Assembly: GCA_964475265.1 (NCBI GenBank)
Contig: CAYYVY010000006.1
Coordinates: forward strand, 761-64,760
Length of the DNA stretch: 64,000 bases
Direction of reading: 5' to 3'
From: an uncultured Anaerolineaceae bacterium
GTDB lineage: Bacteria; Chloroflexota; Anaerolineae; Anaerolineales; E44-bin32
Shown: positions 20,101 through 26,379 of the stretch, piece by piece
Numbering within the stretch: position 1 is the stretch's first letter
How the letters are laid out: each line of letters opens with the position of its first letter
Made by a program: the position numbers and the translations under genes
Notes under the pieces: generated by a model
The model's database searches: none
What the model saw: the letters and a program-made list of their open reading frames with translations, nothing else
What the model was told of the DNA's origin: nothing

Positions 20101-20320
20101 CGATCAACCGTTAAGAGCGGTGAATACACTTCGTCAGGCCCTGCAGATCGACCCCCTTCGTGATGATACCAACATCCAATTTCTGGAAGCCCTGGGGCGA
20201 TTAGGCCGGCGCAGTGAAGTCGTAGCCCACTATCAGAAATATGTGAGTCTGCTCTCGATGGAACTGGGACTAGATCCGCCGAAAACGGTCCGTGATCTGT
20301 ACGCTCGCCTGATTAAGTAA
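17162..20320 (+). CDS. STAND-type P-loop NTPase - TPR/helical repeats - C-terminal SARP module (winged helix + BTAD) transcriptional regulator
   Basis: 1052 aa. It has Walker A AAPAGYGKTTLL and Walker B FVIALDDIHW (MalT/LuxR-large-ATPase-like), followed by a long helical-repeat middle. The last ~250 aa match the OmpR-type wHTH (...LLETFWRHHPPGRQVANLHTAVYSLRRVLG) and the BTAD (...LRQALQIDPLRDDTNIQFLEALGRLGRRSEVVAHYQKYVSLLSMELGLDPPKTVRDLYARL). Confidence 0.85.
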   Translation: MARYSSVLRHAITPLSFDVESKVHREHLVDEIHANIPRKLIIVAAPAGYGKTTLLADFTNHTELPVCWVRLSALDQDLFHFAMVLSSSLQRRFRRLQGTIDFNSISGYSPEALARMFVEVIDANINETFVIALDDIHWINKSKPILSFLDRFLEEQPEQVTLIALGREVLEVSLAKFMAEGNLIGFGPQDLALSKEEIIQLAHIQSDLDIGEDAAERLRHDTRGWITGVILSAELSGRGLHALKMSSRPMVYEYLASVVLNRQPDDLRRFVLDTSVFPVMTVEGCNYLLRRDDSSAMLARIVSRGLFVTATEDSPRTYEYHPQFREFLLETLLGGDARHHKRLLIRAAKYLADHDSPEYAVELFCDAGEGKSAVELAEKRAREMFVSGRWQTLEVWARRLEEIDSPALRVLLFLAAKYTYQGRIEEAEQILDQAKTMLDLDSPKNVRAYYEILRAHISLRRGSYEVVIEIVERAEKILKPSGRRLQKAECYRLRAWASSRQGDLHSAESYCAKAVALLRKSDDPLELAYGLIDQSTMQIALGKSSEAYATTKQAHQILLQDGAPLPLSVSFMNLAHDSHQRGEYEEAMELYNEGLKYARQAASPPQEALILFGQADLFNDLNLALQAAELYGLGLDIAIHLDDFQHIRYGCVQTSVLHRRRGGSSLAHDWLRRAMNLEKTSDLTPEILIQLAALESMVRPQQAVMKLKSIVSMENEVDVGIITLGLYFQSRAQYAIGNREEAQNTLKRALDWANTNGTEQLLSAELSFDDAFREFARTRLTGHPSLSVALRRVETMRAVAQHYRNIGEEKDLRGVRLVFKAFGDAHVIKNDTQITDLKPLAREVSFYLIDHQHVDRDVLLETFWRHHPPGRQVANLHTAVYSLRRVLGRSTILHEGSVYLTNPDIPIEYDVARFERATSVAESLPIGDPRRMFALTEAINSYTGSFLSEFDSDWVTERRRDLELQYLDLLAQHAEEALIRDQPLRAVNTLRQALQIDPLRDDTNIQFLEALGRLGRRSEVVAHYQKYVSLLSMELGLDPPKTVRDLYARLIK

Positions 20321-20513
20321 ACGGCGCTGTTTTTAGGTTTCGCTTTTCTAAATTTCTGGAGAACTGTCATCGTCTGACCGCCAAGTAGTAAAAAATCGTC
20401 AATCCCCCATTGATCGCTGTGGCCTGCAATTTGCATCCCATCCGGCACGACCATTCAACTCCAGTCCAATGTAATTATGATCCGGTCTGAAATGCTTGAA
20501 TCGTCCATCTTTT

Positions 20514-20556
20514 GTTGATTGTCGTTGAGAATCTGTTGAGTACTTTATTGTAGAGT
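20514..20556 (+). promoter_or_regulatory. three direct GTTGA(G) repeats at 10/11-nt phasing plus a candidate -10 TAGAGT
   Basis: GTTGA occurs at 20514, 20524 and 20535, and the last two copies are GTTGAG. TAGAGT lies at 20551-20556, 9 nt after the third repeat. The layout resembles SARP boxes. Confidence 0.4.
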
Positions 20557-20594
20557 AATAAGCAGAGAGAGAACACAATCATAAGGAGGTTGCC

Positions 20595-20645
20595 ATGCCG
20601 AATGTACGCTGCGTTCGCGGTGGTGGTCTTATTGGCGGGGGCTAG
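20595..20645 (+). CDS. 16-codon micro-ORF MPNVRCVRGGGLIGGG (candidate small peptide or leader peptide)
   Basis: AGGAGG at 20584-20589 sits 5 nt before the ATG, and the ORF ends in TAG. A clean intrinsic terminator follows 43 nt later. It is too short for the ORF track. Confidence 0.35.
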   Translation: MPNVRCVRGGGLIGGG

Positions 20646-20687
20646 ATTTTTAGCCGTTTATATTTGAATCACACCAATAATACGCCT

Positions 20688-20724
20688 GGCAGCGAGGCGA
20701 AGTGACTTGCTGCCTTTTTATTTT
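20688..20724 (+). terminator. intrinsic terminator between the micro-ORF and the NHLP-like gene
   Basis: The stem GGCAGCGAG/CTTGCTGCC is 9 bp with one G-U pair, the loop is 9 nt, and TTTTTATTTT follows. Confidence 0.65.
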
Positions 20725-20757
20725 CTAGACCTTACGATATTCAGGAGGTTTTTAAAA

Positions 20758-21048
20758 ATGAGTATGCAAAGTCTAAATCAGCTCGTGGCACGTTCGATTA
20801 TCGATCCAGGTGTCGTGCAGGCTTTTACATCCGGCAACATGTCTGAAATCCTGAACGGAATGGATTTAACACCCAAACTTCGAGCTGATCTCGGTTGTCT
20901 CGAAGCGAGTTCGTTTGTGGAATTTGCGATCAAAGCATACCGAATTGTAAAAGCCGCGGAGATAAAACCACTCCAAATCGATTTGCCTTCTCCGATTACA
21001 GGCTTGATTTCGGATCAAGATCGTGCAGAAGGTGAACAAGCTGCATGA
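20758..21048 (+). CDS. small helical protein resembling NHLP/Nif11-type leader-domain proteins
   Basis: 96 aa, with AGGAGG 9 nt before ATG 20758. The TTG start at 20707 in the track lies inside the terminator stem. The pattern LNQLVARSIIDPGVVQAF...MDLTPKLRADLGCLEASSFVEFA resembles NHLP-clan leader regions. This assignment is from memory and is unverified. Confidence 0.55.
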   Translation: MSMQSLNQLVARSIIDPGVVQAFTSGNMSEILNGMDLTPKLRADLGCLEASSFVEFAIKAYRIVKAAEIKPLQIDLPSPITGLISDQDRAEGEQAA

Positions 21049-21545
21049 TCGCTTGCACGAAGAAGGAGCGGGAGTGGTTCTTGCAGAACATCGCACAGGG
21101 ACTTGTGGATTATCTCGGTGTGATGGAACCTCCCGTACCAATCGAAGATCTGCTTAAGAATCCCCCGGCATTATTCGATGCGGATTTCGGCGTCGTAGAA
21201 ATGAACTCCGAGCTATGGGACGCTACGTTCGCGCGGCTGCCCGATCAAAGTGGCAAAGTATTCGTCCATACAAACCTCGGACCAGAAGCTCGCCGTTACG
21301 CATTGGCGCGGGAGACCTTAAGTGCATTGATAACCAGCAAGCACGGACAAAACATGGGTCTTTTTGAATTGGTTGAATCCCACTTAAGAGAATCTGCGGA
21401 ATTTTTTGCAAGAATACTGCTCGCGCCGCCGCGTTTGCTACGTCGCTTCTGTTCCGGGGATGGCGCGGTAAAGCGGATTGTAACGGAATTTAAATTACCG
21501 ATGCACGCCGCTTCGAAACTTTGGGAAGAAATGAGTACAGCCTAG
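21045..21545 (+). CDS. ImmA/IrrE (DUF955)-like protein with a degenerate metal site
   Basis: 166 aa with an ATGA overlap to the previous gene. Its topology matches ImmA/IrrE (RRYALARETLSALI ... ESAEFFARILLAPPRLL), but HExxH is replaced by RETLS. Confidence 0.6.
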   Translation: MIACTKKEREWFLQNIAQGLVDYLGVMEPPVPIEDLLKNPPALFDADFGVVEMNSELWDATFARLPDQSGKVFVHTNLGPEARRYALARETLSALITSKHGQNMGLFELVESHLRESAEFFARILLAPPRLLRRFCSGDGAVKRIVTEFKLPMHAASKLWEEMSTA

Positions 21546-21570
21546 TACGATCATGTAGTACCGCATCGGG

Positions 21571-21600
21571 AGAGCCGACCTTGGGCCGGCTCTTTTTCTT
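21571..21600 (+). terminator. intrinsic terminator closing the island
   Basis: The stem AGAGCCG(A)CC/GG(C)CGGCTCT has one mismatch, and TTTTCTTT follows. Confidence 0.7.
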
Positions 21601-21724
21601 TCCCAAGTACCTGGATTAAGCGCTCACGGAAATCTTTTCTGTATCTCCTTTTTGGCACCTACCTTGCACGAAATGGCGTGAATGTAGAAGCCAGGTATAA
21701 TCGCATGCTTGAGGGTGAATATCT

Positions 21725-23647
21725 TTGACGAATCATGAGACATCTCTAAGCGATACAACATCTGGGGCTCGAAGGACAACGATAAAACCCTGGATTTTTC
21801 GATCCTTTCTATTTCTCGCTTTAATCGTTGTTGGTGGGATTGGATGGATAAGCGTTCGAATTCAAAATCGCCTGCGCGACTCGCAAATGGATCCGACGGT
21901 AATATCGTTAGCCACTTCGATGGCGTACACCGCAACGCCGAGTCCATCGCTTACGGTTTCTCCTGCCTTGCCGACCAATACTCCGGCGCCTACAAGAACC
22001 ACATCGTGGGGAACGATCATCTTTTCGGGAAGAGAAAATGGGCGGACACATTTGTGGGCTTATGTTCCGGGCGATTCGAGCCCATCTCGACTGACGGGCG
22101 GTGCGTGGGATGACCGTGATCCAGCCGTGAGTCCCGATGGATTGTCGGTTGCATTTTCCTCGCGTCGGAATGGACACTGGGATTTATATGTACTCGACTT
22201 GCAATCGGGTGAAATCCGACAGCTATCCAACACCCCAGGATATGAAGGAAACCCGACATGGTCTCCGGATGGAATGTGGTTGGCGTTCGAGGCTTACTAC
22301 AATGACAATTTTGACATTTGGATCGTTCCTGTCGATCTCGGACAGGCTCCGATCCAACTCACGATCTATCCGGGTGCGGACCTCAGCCCAAGCTGGGATC
22401 CTCAAGGGCGCAGGATTGCCTTTGTTTCCGATCGGGATGGCTCTCCTGATATCTTTCTGGCAAACCTCGATGAACCGGATGATCGTTTTCGCAACATGAC
22501 CAACACCAAATCGACCGTTGAGAGTACGCCGGTCTTTAGCATCGACGGATCTTCGTTGGCTTACAGTGAAACCTCCTCGGGAATTGATGTCGTCAAGGTG
22601 TTTGACATGAACGATCTCGATCGGCCGCCTTACGAAGCCGGGCAAGGCCGTCATGCGGCCTGGTCTCCCGATGGACGATACATGGTCACCATTTTGCGTA
22701 CGGCGTTGTACCGTCGCTTTCAGGTTTTCGCCCTCGATCATTCCGAAGCAACGGATTTGCCGGTCATGCCATGGGTTGATGTTGATGACGTAACGTGGAC
22801 GGCGGCAGGGATGCCGGGAGAGATCTACGCCGCCGAACGAATACCGGCCACCGATGCACCGTTGTTGGATACAGCGCTTGACGAACTACAGAACGAGAAT
22901 GAATTAAAGGACCTTGTTGATCTACCCGGCGTACGCGCCCCACATCCTTCTTTGTCTGAGGCCGTCGACCAGAATTTTCTTGCCCTCAAGCAACGCAGCA
23001 TTTCAGTCCTGGGATGGGATTTCCTGGAAAGTCTGGACAATGCCTTCGTTGGTTTGAACGATCCGATGCCTCCCGGATTTGCGTACAACGATTGGCTCTA
23101 CACCGGTCGGGCATTTGCTTTCAACAGCTCGGCGATACAGGCTGGTTGGGTGGAATTCCTTCGAGAGGATTTTGGCGGTCAAACATTTTGGCGGGTTTAT
23201 GTACTCGCGGCGCTTCAAGACGGCACGCTGGGAGAACCGCTGCGAGAACTGCCGTGGGATTTCGATACGCGTATTAACGGAGATCCGAGCACTTACGATC
23301 AGGGTGGATCGCTGCAAGAGTCCATCCCCCCTGGCTATTACGTCGATTTTACGCAGTTGGCCGCCGATTACGGTTTTGAACGACTTCCCGCGCTGTCCAA
23401 TTGGCGTACGTTCTATCACGGAACGCGCCTCAACGAGTTCGTTCGACGCGAGGGTTTAAGCTGGACAGAGGCGATGTTGGAACTGTATCCCGCCTCGGCA
23501 CTGGTGACACCCACGCCGTTCCAAACCCCGACAAACACGCCTACACGCACGCCGAAACCGACGGCAACGTCCTGGTGGTGGCGCTGGCGAACCCCGTCTC
23601 CAACACCAACGCAGCAGCCGGTATATACCCCCACTGCGACGCCATGA
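21725..23647 (+). CDS. membrane-anchored TolB-like (PD40 beta-propeller repeat) protein with an unknown C-terminal domain and a Pro/Thr-rich tail
   Basis: 640 aa with an N-terminal TM segment and repeated PD40-like units (DRDPAVSPDG, EGNPTWSPDG, DLSPSWDPQG, HAAWSPDG). The C-terminus is PTNTPTRTPKPTATSWWWRWRTPSPTPTQQP. Confidence 0.75.
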   Translation: MTNHETSLSDTTSGARRTTIKPWIFRSFLFLALIVVGGIGWISVRIQNRLRDSQMDPTVISLATSMAYTATPSPSLTVSPALPTNTPAPTRTTSWGTIIFSGRENGRTHLWAYVPGDSSPSRLTGGAWDDRDPAVSPDGLSVAFSSRRNGHWDLYVLDLQSGEIRQLSNTPGYEGNPTWSPDGMWLAFEAYYNDNFDIWIVPVDLGQAPIQLTIYPGADLSPSWDPQGRRIAFVSDRDGSPDIFLANLDEPDDRFRNMTNTKSTVESTPVFSIDGSSLAYSETSSGIDVVKVFDMNDLDRPPYEAGQGRHAAWSPDGRYMVTILRTALYRRFQVFALDHSEATDLPVMPWVDVDDVTWTAAGMPGEIYAAERIPATDAPLLDTALDELQNENELKDLVDLPGVRAPHPSLSEAVDQNFLALKQRSISVLGWDFLESLDNAFVGLNDPMPPGFAYNDWLYTGRAFAFNSSAIQAGWVEFLREDFGGQTFWRVYVLAALQDGTLGEPLRELPWDFDTRINGDPSTYDQGGSLQESIPPGYYVDFTQLAADYGFERLPALSNWRTFYHGTRLNEFVRREGLSWTEAMLELYPASALVTPTPFQTPTNTPTRTPKPTATSWWWRWRTPSPTPTQQPVYTPTATP

Positions 23648-24729
23648 GACGCTTCGGACTCCTTCTGCTTGCGATCGCACTAACGGCGGTTTTGCTCTTC
23701 GCCTGTGAATCCGAGGGCGGCGGTATCGCTCATCCCACCGAGTCGAGCGGCGTTGAGCCTCCGCTTTCTGCAACGGCGACACCCTCGGACGCGCAGGATG
23801 TTTCGAATCCCATGCTCGGCGACCCGGCCAAGACGCCGTTGCCCGTCGCGTTCCCCACAGTTGAGCCGAGTGAAGAGCTGGATTGGCGGCCGCCGCCTTA
23901 TCCCGCGCCTTGGGCACTGCGTGCGGAAGACCATTATTTCTTCTGGCGGCCCATTCCTTCAGGACAGGTAAATTGGCCCCATCCTTTTTACCGCTATGGG
24001 AGTTCCTATTTCGGCGAATCGGACATCCATACCGGTGTGGATTTGGGCGCCGATCGTGGTGCACCCGTACTCGCGGCCGGCTCGGGTGAGGTGGTCTGGG
24101 TTGGCTATGGACTTTACCGCGGCACGGAAGATCCGTCCGACCCGTATGGCCTCGCGGTGGCAATCCGGCACGATTTTGGCTATCGAGGGCAGGAACTCTA
24201 TACGGTTTACGCACATATGCAAGAGATCTTCGTCTGGGATGGGCAGCATGTAGAGGCCGGTGAGCAACTTGGGACCGTGGGATCCACAGGGCACTCCGAT
24301 GGTCCTCATCTGCACTTCGAAGTTCGGTTGGGGGAAAATCGTTACTTCAGCACGAGAAACCCCGAATTGTGGATGGTACCTCCCGAAGGCTGGGCGGTGT
24401 TGGCCGGACGAATTACGGATACCTATGGGAATCTAATGCCCGAATTTCCGTTGAAAATTCGATCGTTGGAAACGGACAAGAAGTGGGAAGTATGGACGTA
24501 CGTCCTCACGACGATTCATCCTGATGATTATTACAATGAAAATTTCGTGATCAGTGATTTGCCTGCCGGGCCGTACGAGATAACGATCGATTTCGTAGGC
24601 TTTCAATACGTCGCATATTTAACTCTATACGCAGGTGAAACCAACTTCATACTGTTTCGTGGCCGCAATGGTTTCGTCGTTCATCCTACGCCGACGCCGG
24701 TCGATCACTCCAGACCTCCCGATCTATAA
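23644..24729 (+). CDS. M23 (LytM-type) metallopeptidase lipoprotein
   Basis: I prefer ATG 23644 (ATGA overlap with the upstream stop), which gives MRRFGLLLLAIALTAVLLFAC, a lipobox-like signal. The M23 motifs HTGVDLG and GHSDGPHLHFEVR are present. Confidence 0.85.
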   Translation: MRRFGLLLLAIALTAVLLFACESEGGGIAHPTESSGVEPPLSATATPSDAQDVSNPMLGDPAKTPLPVAFPTVEPSEELDWRPPPYPAPWALRAEDHYFFWRPIPSGQVNWPHPFYRYGSSYFGESDIHTGVDLGADRGAPVLAAGSGEVVWVGYGLYRGTEDPSDPYGLAVAIRHDFGYRGQELYTVYAHMQEIFVWDGQHVEAGEQLGTVGSTGHSDGPHLHFEVRLGENRYFSTRNPELWMVPPEGWAVLAGRITDTYGNLMPEFPLKIRSLETDKKWEVWTYVLTTIHPDDYYNENFVISDLPAGPYEITIDFVGFQYVAYLTLYAGETNFILFRGRNGFVVHPTPTPVDHSRPPDL

Positions 24730-24749
24730 ACAGCGAAAGGGCGAGCTTG

Positions 24750-26309
24750 ATGCGAATGTCGGAAAGCTTTGGGCGCACGCTGCGTCAAGCCCCCGCCGGA
24801 CACGATCCCTCGACGGCGTACGCCTTACGAGCCGCCCTCGTTCGCTTCATTGACGAGCGGCTTGCATTCCTTCCCATCGGACTGCGTGTAGTCACTAATA
24901 TTTCTGAAGAACTGCTGCAGGATCACGAGGCGGGCAATCACATTGACGTACCTGGCGATGTCCATTTCGATACGTGGCGGAGATTGATCGATGACGAAAT
25001 CCAATCGTATCGCCCACTACCACTACGTTTGTTTTCGCATCGTTTTCTGCATTTCTCCGACCATCTAAGTGGCCTTGCCAGTCCGAAATGGGTGCGTGGA
25101 TTGCAATGGCAGTATGCCGCGGCTTCGGAAATCTCGCTGGCCGAACTGTGTGAGCAATGGTTGGATCGGTGCGAAAGACGGCTAGGTTCACTGGGTCTTC
25201 AATTGCAAAGGTTCGAGCGGGGTGAAGGGGCGGTAGGCTGGATTTACCTGTGTGATTTCGGCCCGCAAAAGCTGCTGGCCTGTTCCTCATGCTCCTACAT
25301 GGCTTCCCAGGCGAGGGCGCGATTTAACCGCAGTGATTTCGCACAGGAAGACCTGCGGACCATGGAGCTCGTTTCGACTCCCGGCACGGACACCATCGAG
25401 AGTCTGACGGTGTTCCTCGGGATCCCGGCAGCGAAGACGCTGAAAGCCGTGTTCCTACGCAGCAACGACGGGACTGTCGTATTGGTGCTCATCCGCGGAG
25501 ATCTGGAAATCAGCCTCGAGAAACTCGAGCGCGTGCTTGGCCGAGGATCGTTGATCCCAGCTACCCGTGAAGATATTGCGCAAATCGGCGCCGTGCCGGG
25601 CTATGCAAGCCCCATCAATTTACAGGTTCGCGCTCAAGTAGAATCCGAAGGAGTCCTGGTGGTGGCGGACCTTTCGATTGAACACGGGTCGAATTTCACC
25701 AGCGGCGCCAACAAAGCGGGATACCATTTCAGCGGCGTGAATTATCCGCGCGATTTCGAGGTGACGTTACTCGCAGATATCGCCATGCCCAGGGCGGGAG
25801 ATCGATGCCCGGAATGCGGAAAAGCACTCGAAATACGGTCCGGGATTCGTGTGGGAGATTGGGAAGCGCGTGGGAATGCTTTCCAATTTTCGGACGAAGG
25901 CGGAAATCTCGATCATGGCTGGCTGGGCACGGGGATCCTGTACATCGAACCTATCCTCGCGGCTTTGATCGACGTCTATCATCATGAGGGGGTTGCAAAT
26001 TGGCCGGGTCGATTGGCGCCGTATGATGTCTACCTGGTGGATCTTCGCTCCCCACAAGCGACGAACGAAGTGCTCGAAGAATTGCAAGCAAAAGGGTTGA
26101 GCGTGCTGCTCGATGATCGCGAAGTATCACCCGGCGTGAAGTTTACAGATTCCGATCTCTTCGGTTGCCTCTTCCGTATTACAGTCAGCAAGCGCAGCCT
26201 GGAACGAGGGGGAGTGGAACTCGTGTGTCGCGCTGGCCAAATAGAGACGATTTACTCCCTTGCAACGGTCGCGGCGGAGGCTGCGGCGTTGAAAAACAAA
26301 TTTATGTAA
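24750..26309 (+). CDS. prolyl-tRNA-synthetase-like paralogue with degenerate class II catalytic motifs (INS editing and anticodon-binding domains retained)
   Basis: The N-terminus MRMSESFGRTLRQAP is ProRS-like. The INS/YbaK-like block (TLKAVFLRS...GANKAGYHFSGVNYPRDF) and the anticodon-binding block (YDVYLVDL...LLDDREVSPGVKFTDSDL) are intact. At motif 2 and motif 3 the sequence reads HRFLHFSDHLSG and GTGILYIEP. Confidence 0.7.
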   Translation: MRMSESFGRTLRQAPAGHDPSTAYALRAALVRFIDERLAFLPIGLRVVTNISEELLQDHEAGNHIDVPGDVHFDTWRRLIDDEIQSYRPLPLRLFSHRFLHFSDHLSGLASPKWVRGLQWQYAAASEISLAELCEQWLDRCERRLGSLGLQLQRFERGEGAVGWIYLCDFGPQKLLACSSCSYMASQARARFNRSDFAQEDLRTMELVSTPGTDTIESLTVFLGIPAAKTLKAVFLRSNDGTVVLVLIRGDLEISLEKLERVLGRGSLIPATREDIAQIGAVPGYASPINLQVRAQVESEGVLVVADLSIEHGSNFTSGANKAGYHFSGVNYPRDFEVTLLADIAMPRAGDRCPECGKALEIRSGIRVGDWEARGNAFQFSDEGGNLDHGWLGTGILYIEPILAALIDVYHHEGVANWPGRLAPYDVYLVDLRSPQATNEVLEELQAKGLSVLLDDREVSPGVKFTDSDLFGCLFRITVSKRSLERGGVELVCRAGQIETIYSLATVAAEAAALKNKFM

Positions 26310-26379
26310 AGAATTCTTGACATCTTCTGTTCGCTTATGCTATGCTTCCGAGCGCTGTATTTTCCAGTCTGGAGGAAGA

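Noticed and set aside
23456-24214. 252-aa Arg/Pro-rich minus-strand ORF
   Set aside because: It is antisense to the 3' end of the TolB-like gene and the M23 gene. Its composition is typical of the reverse frame of GC-rich coding sequence.
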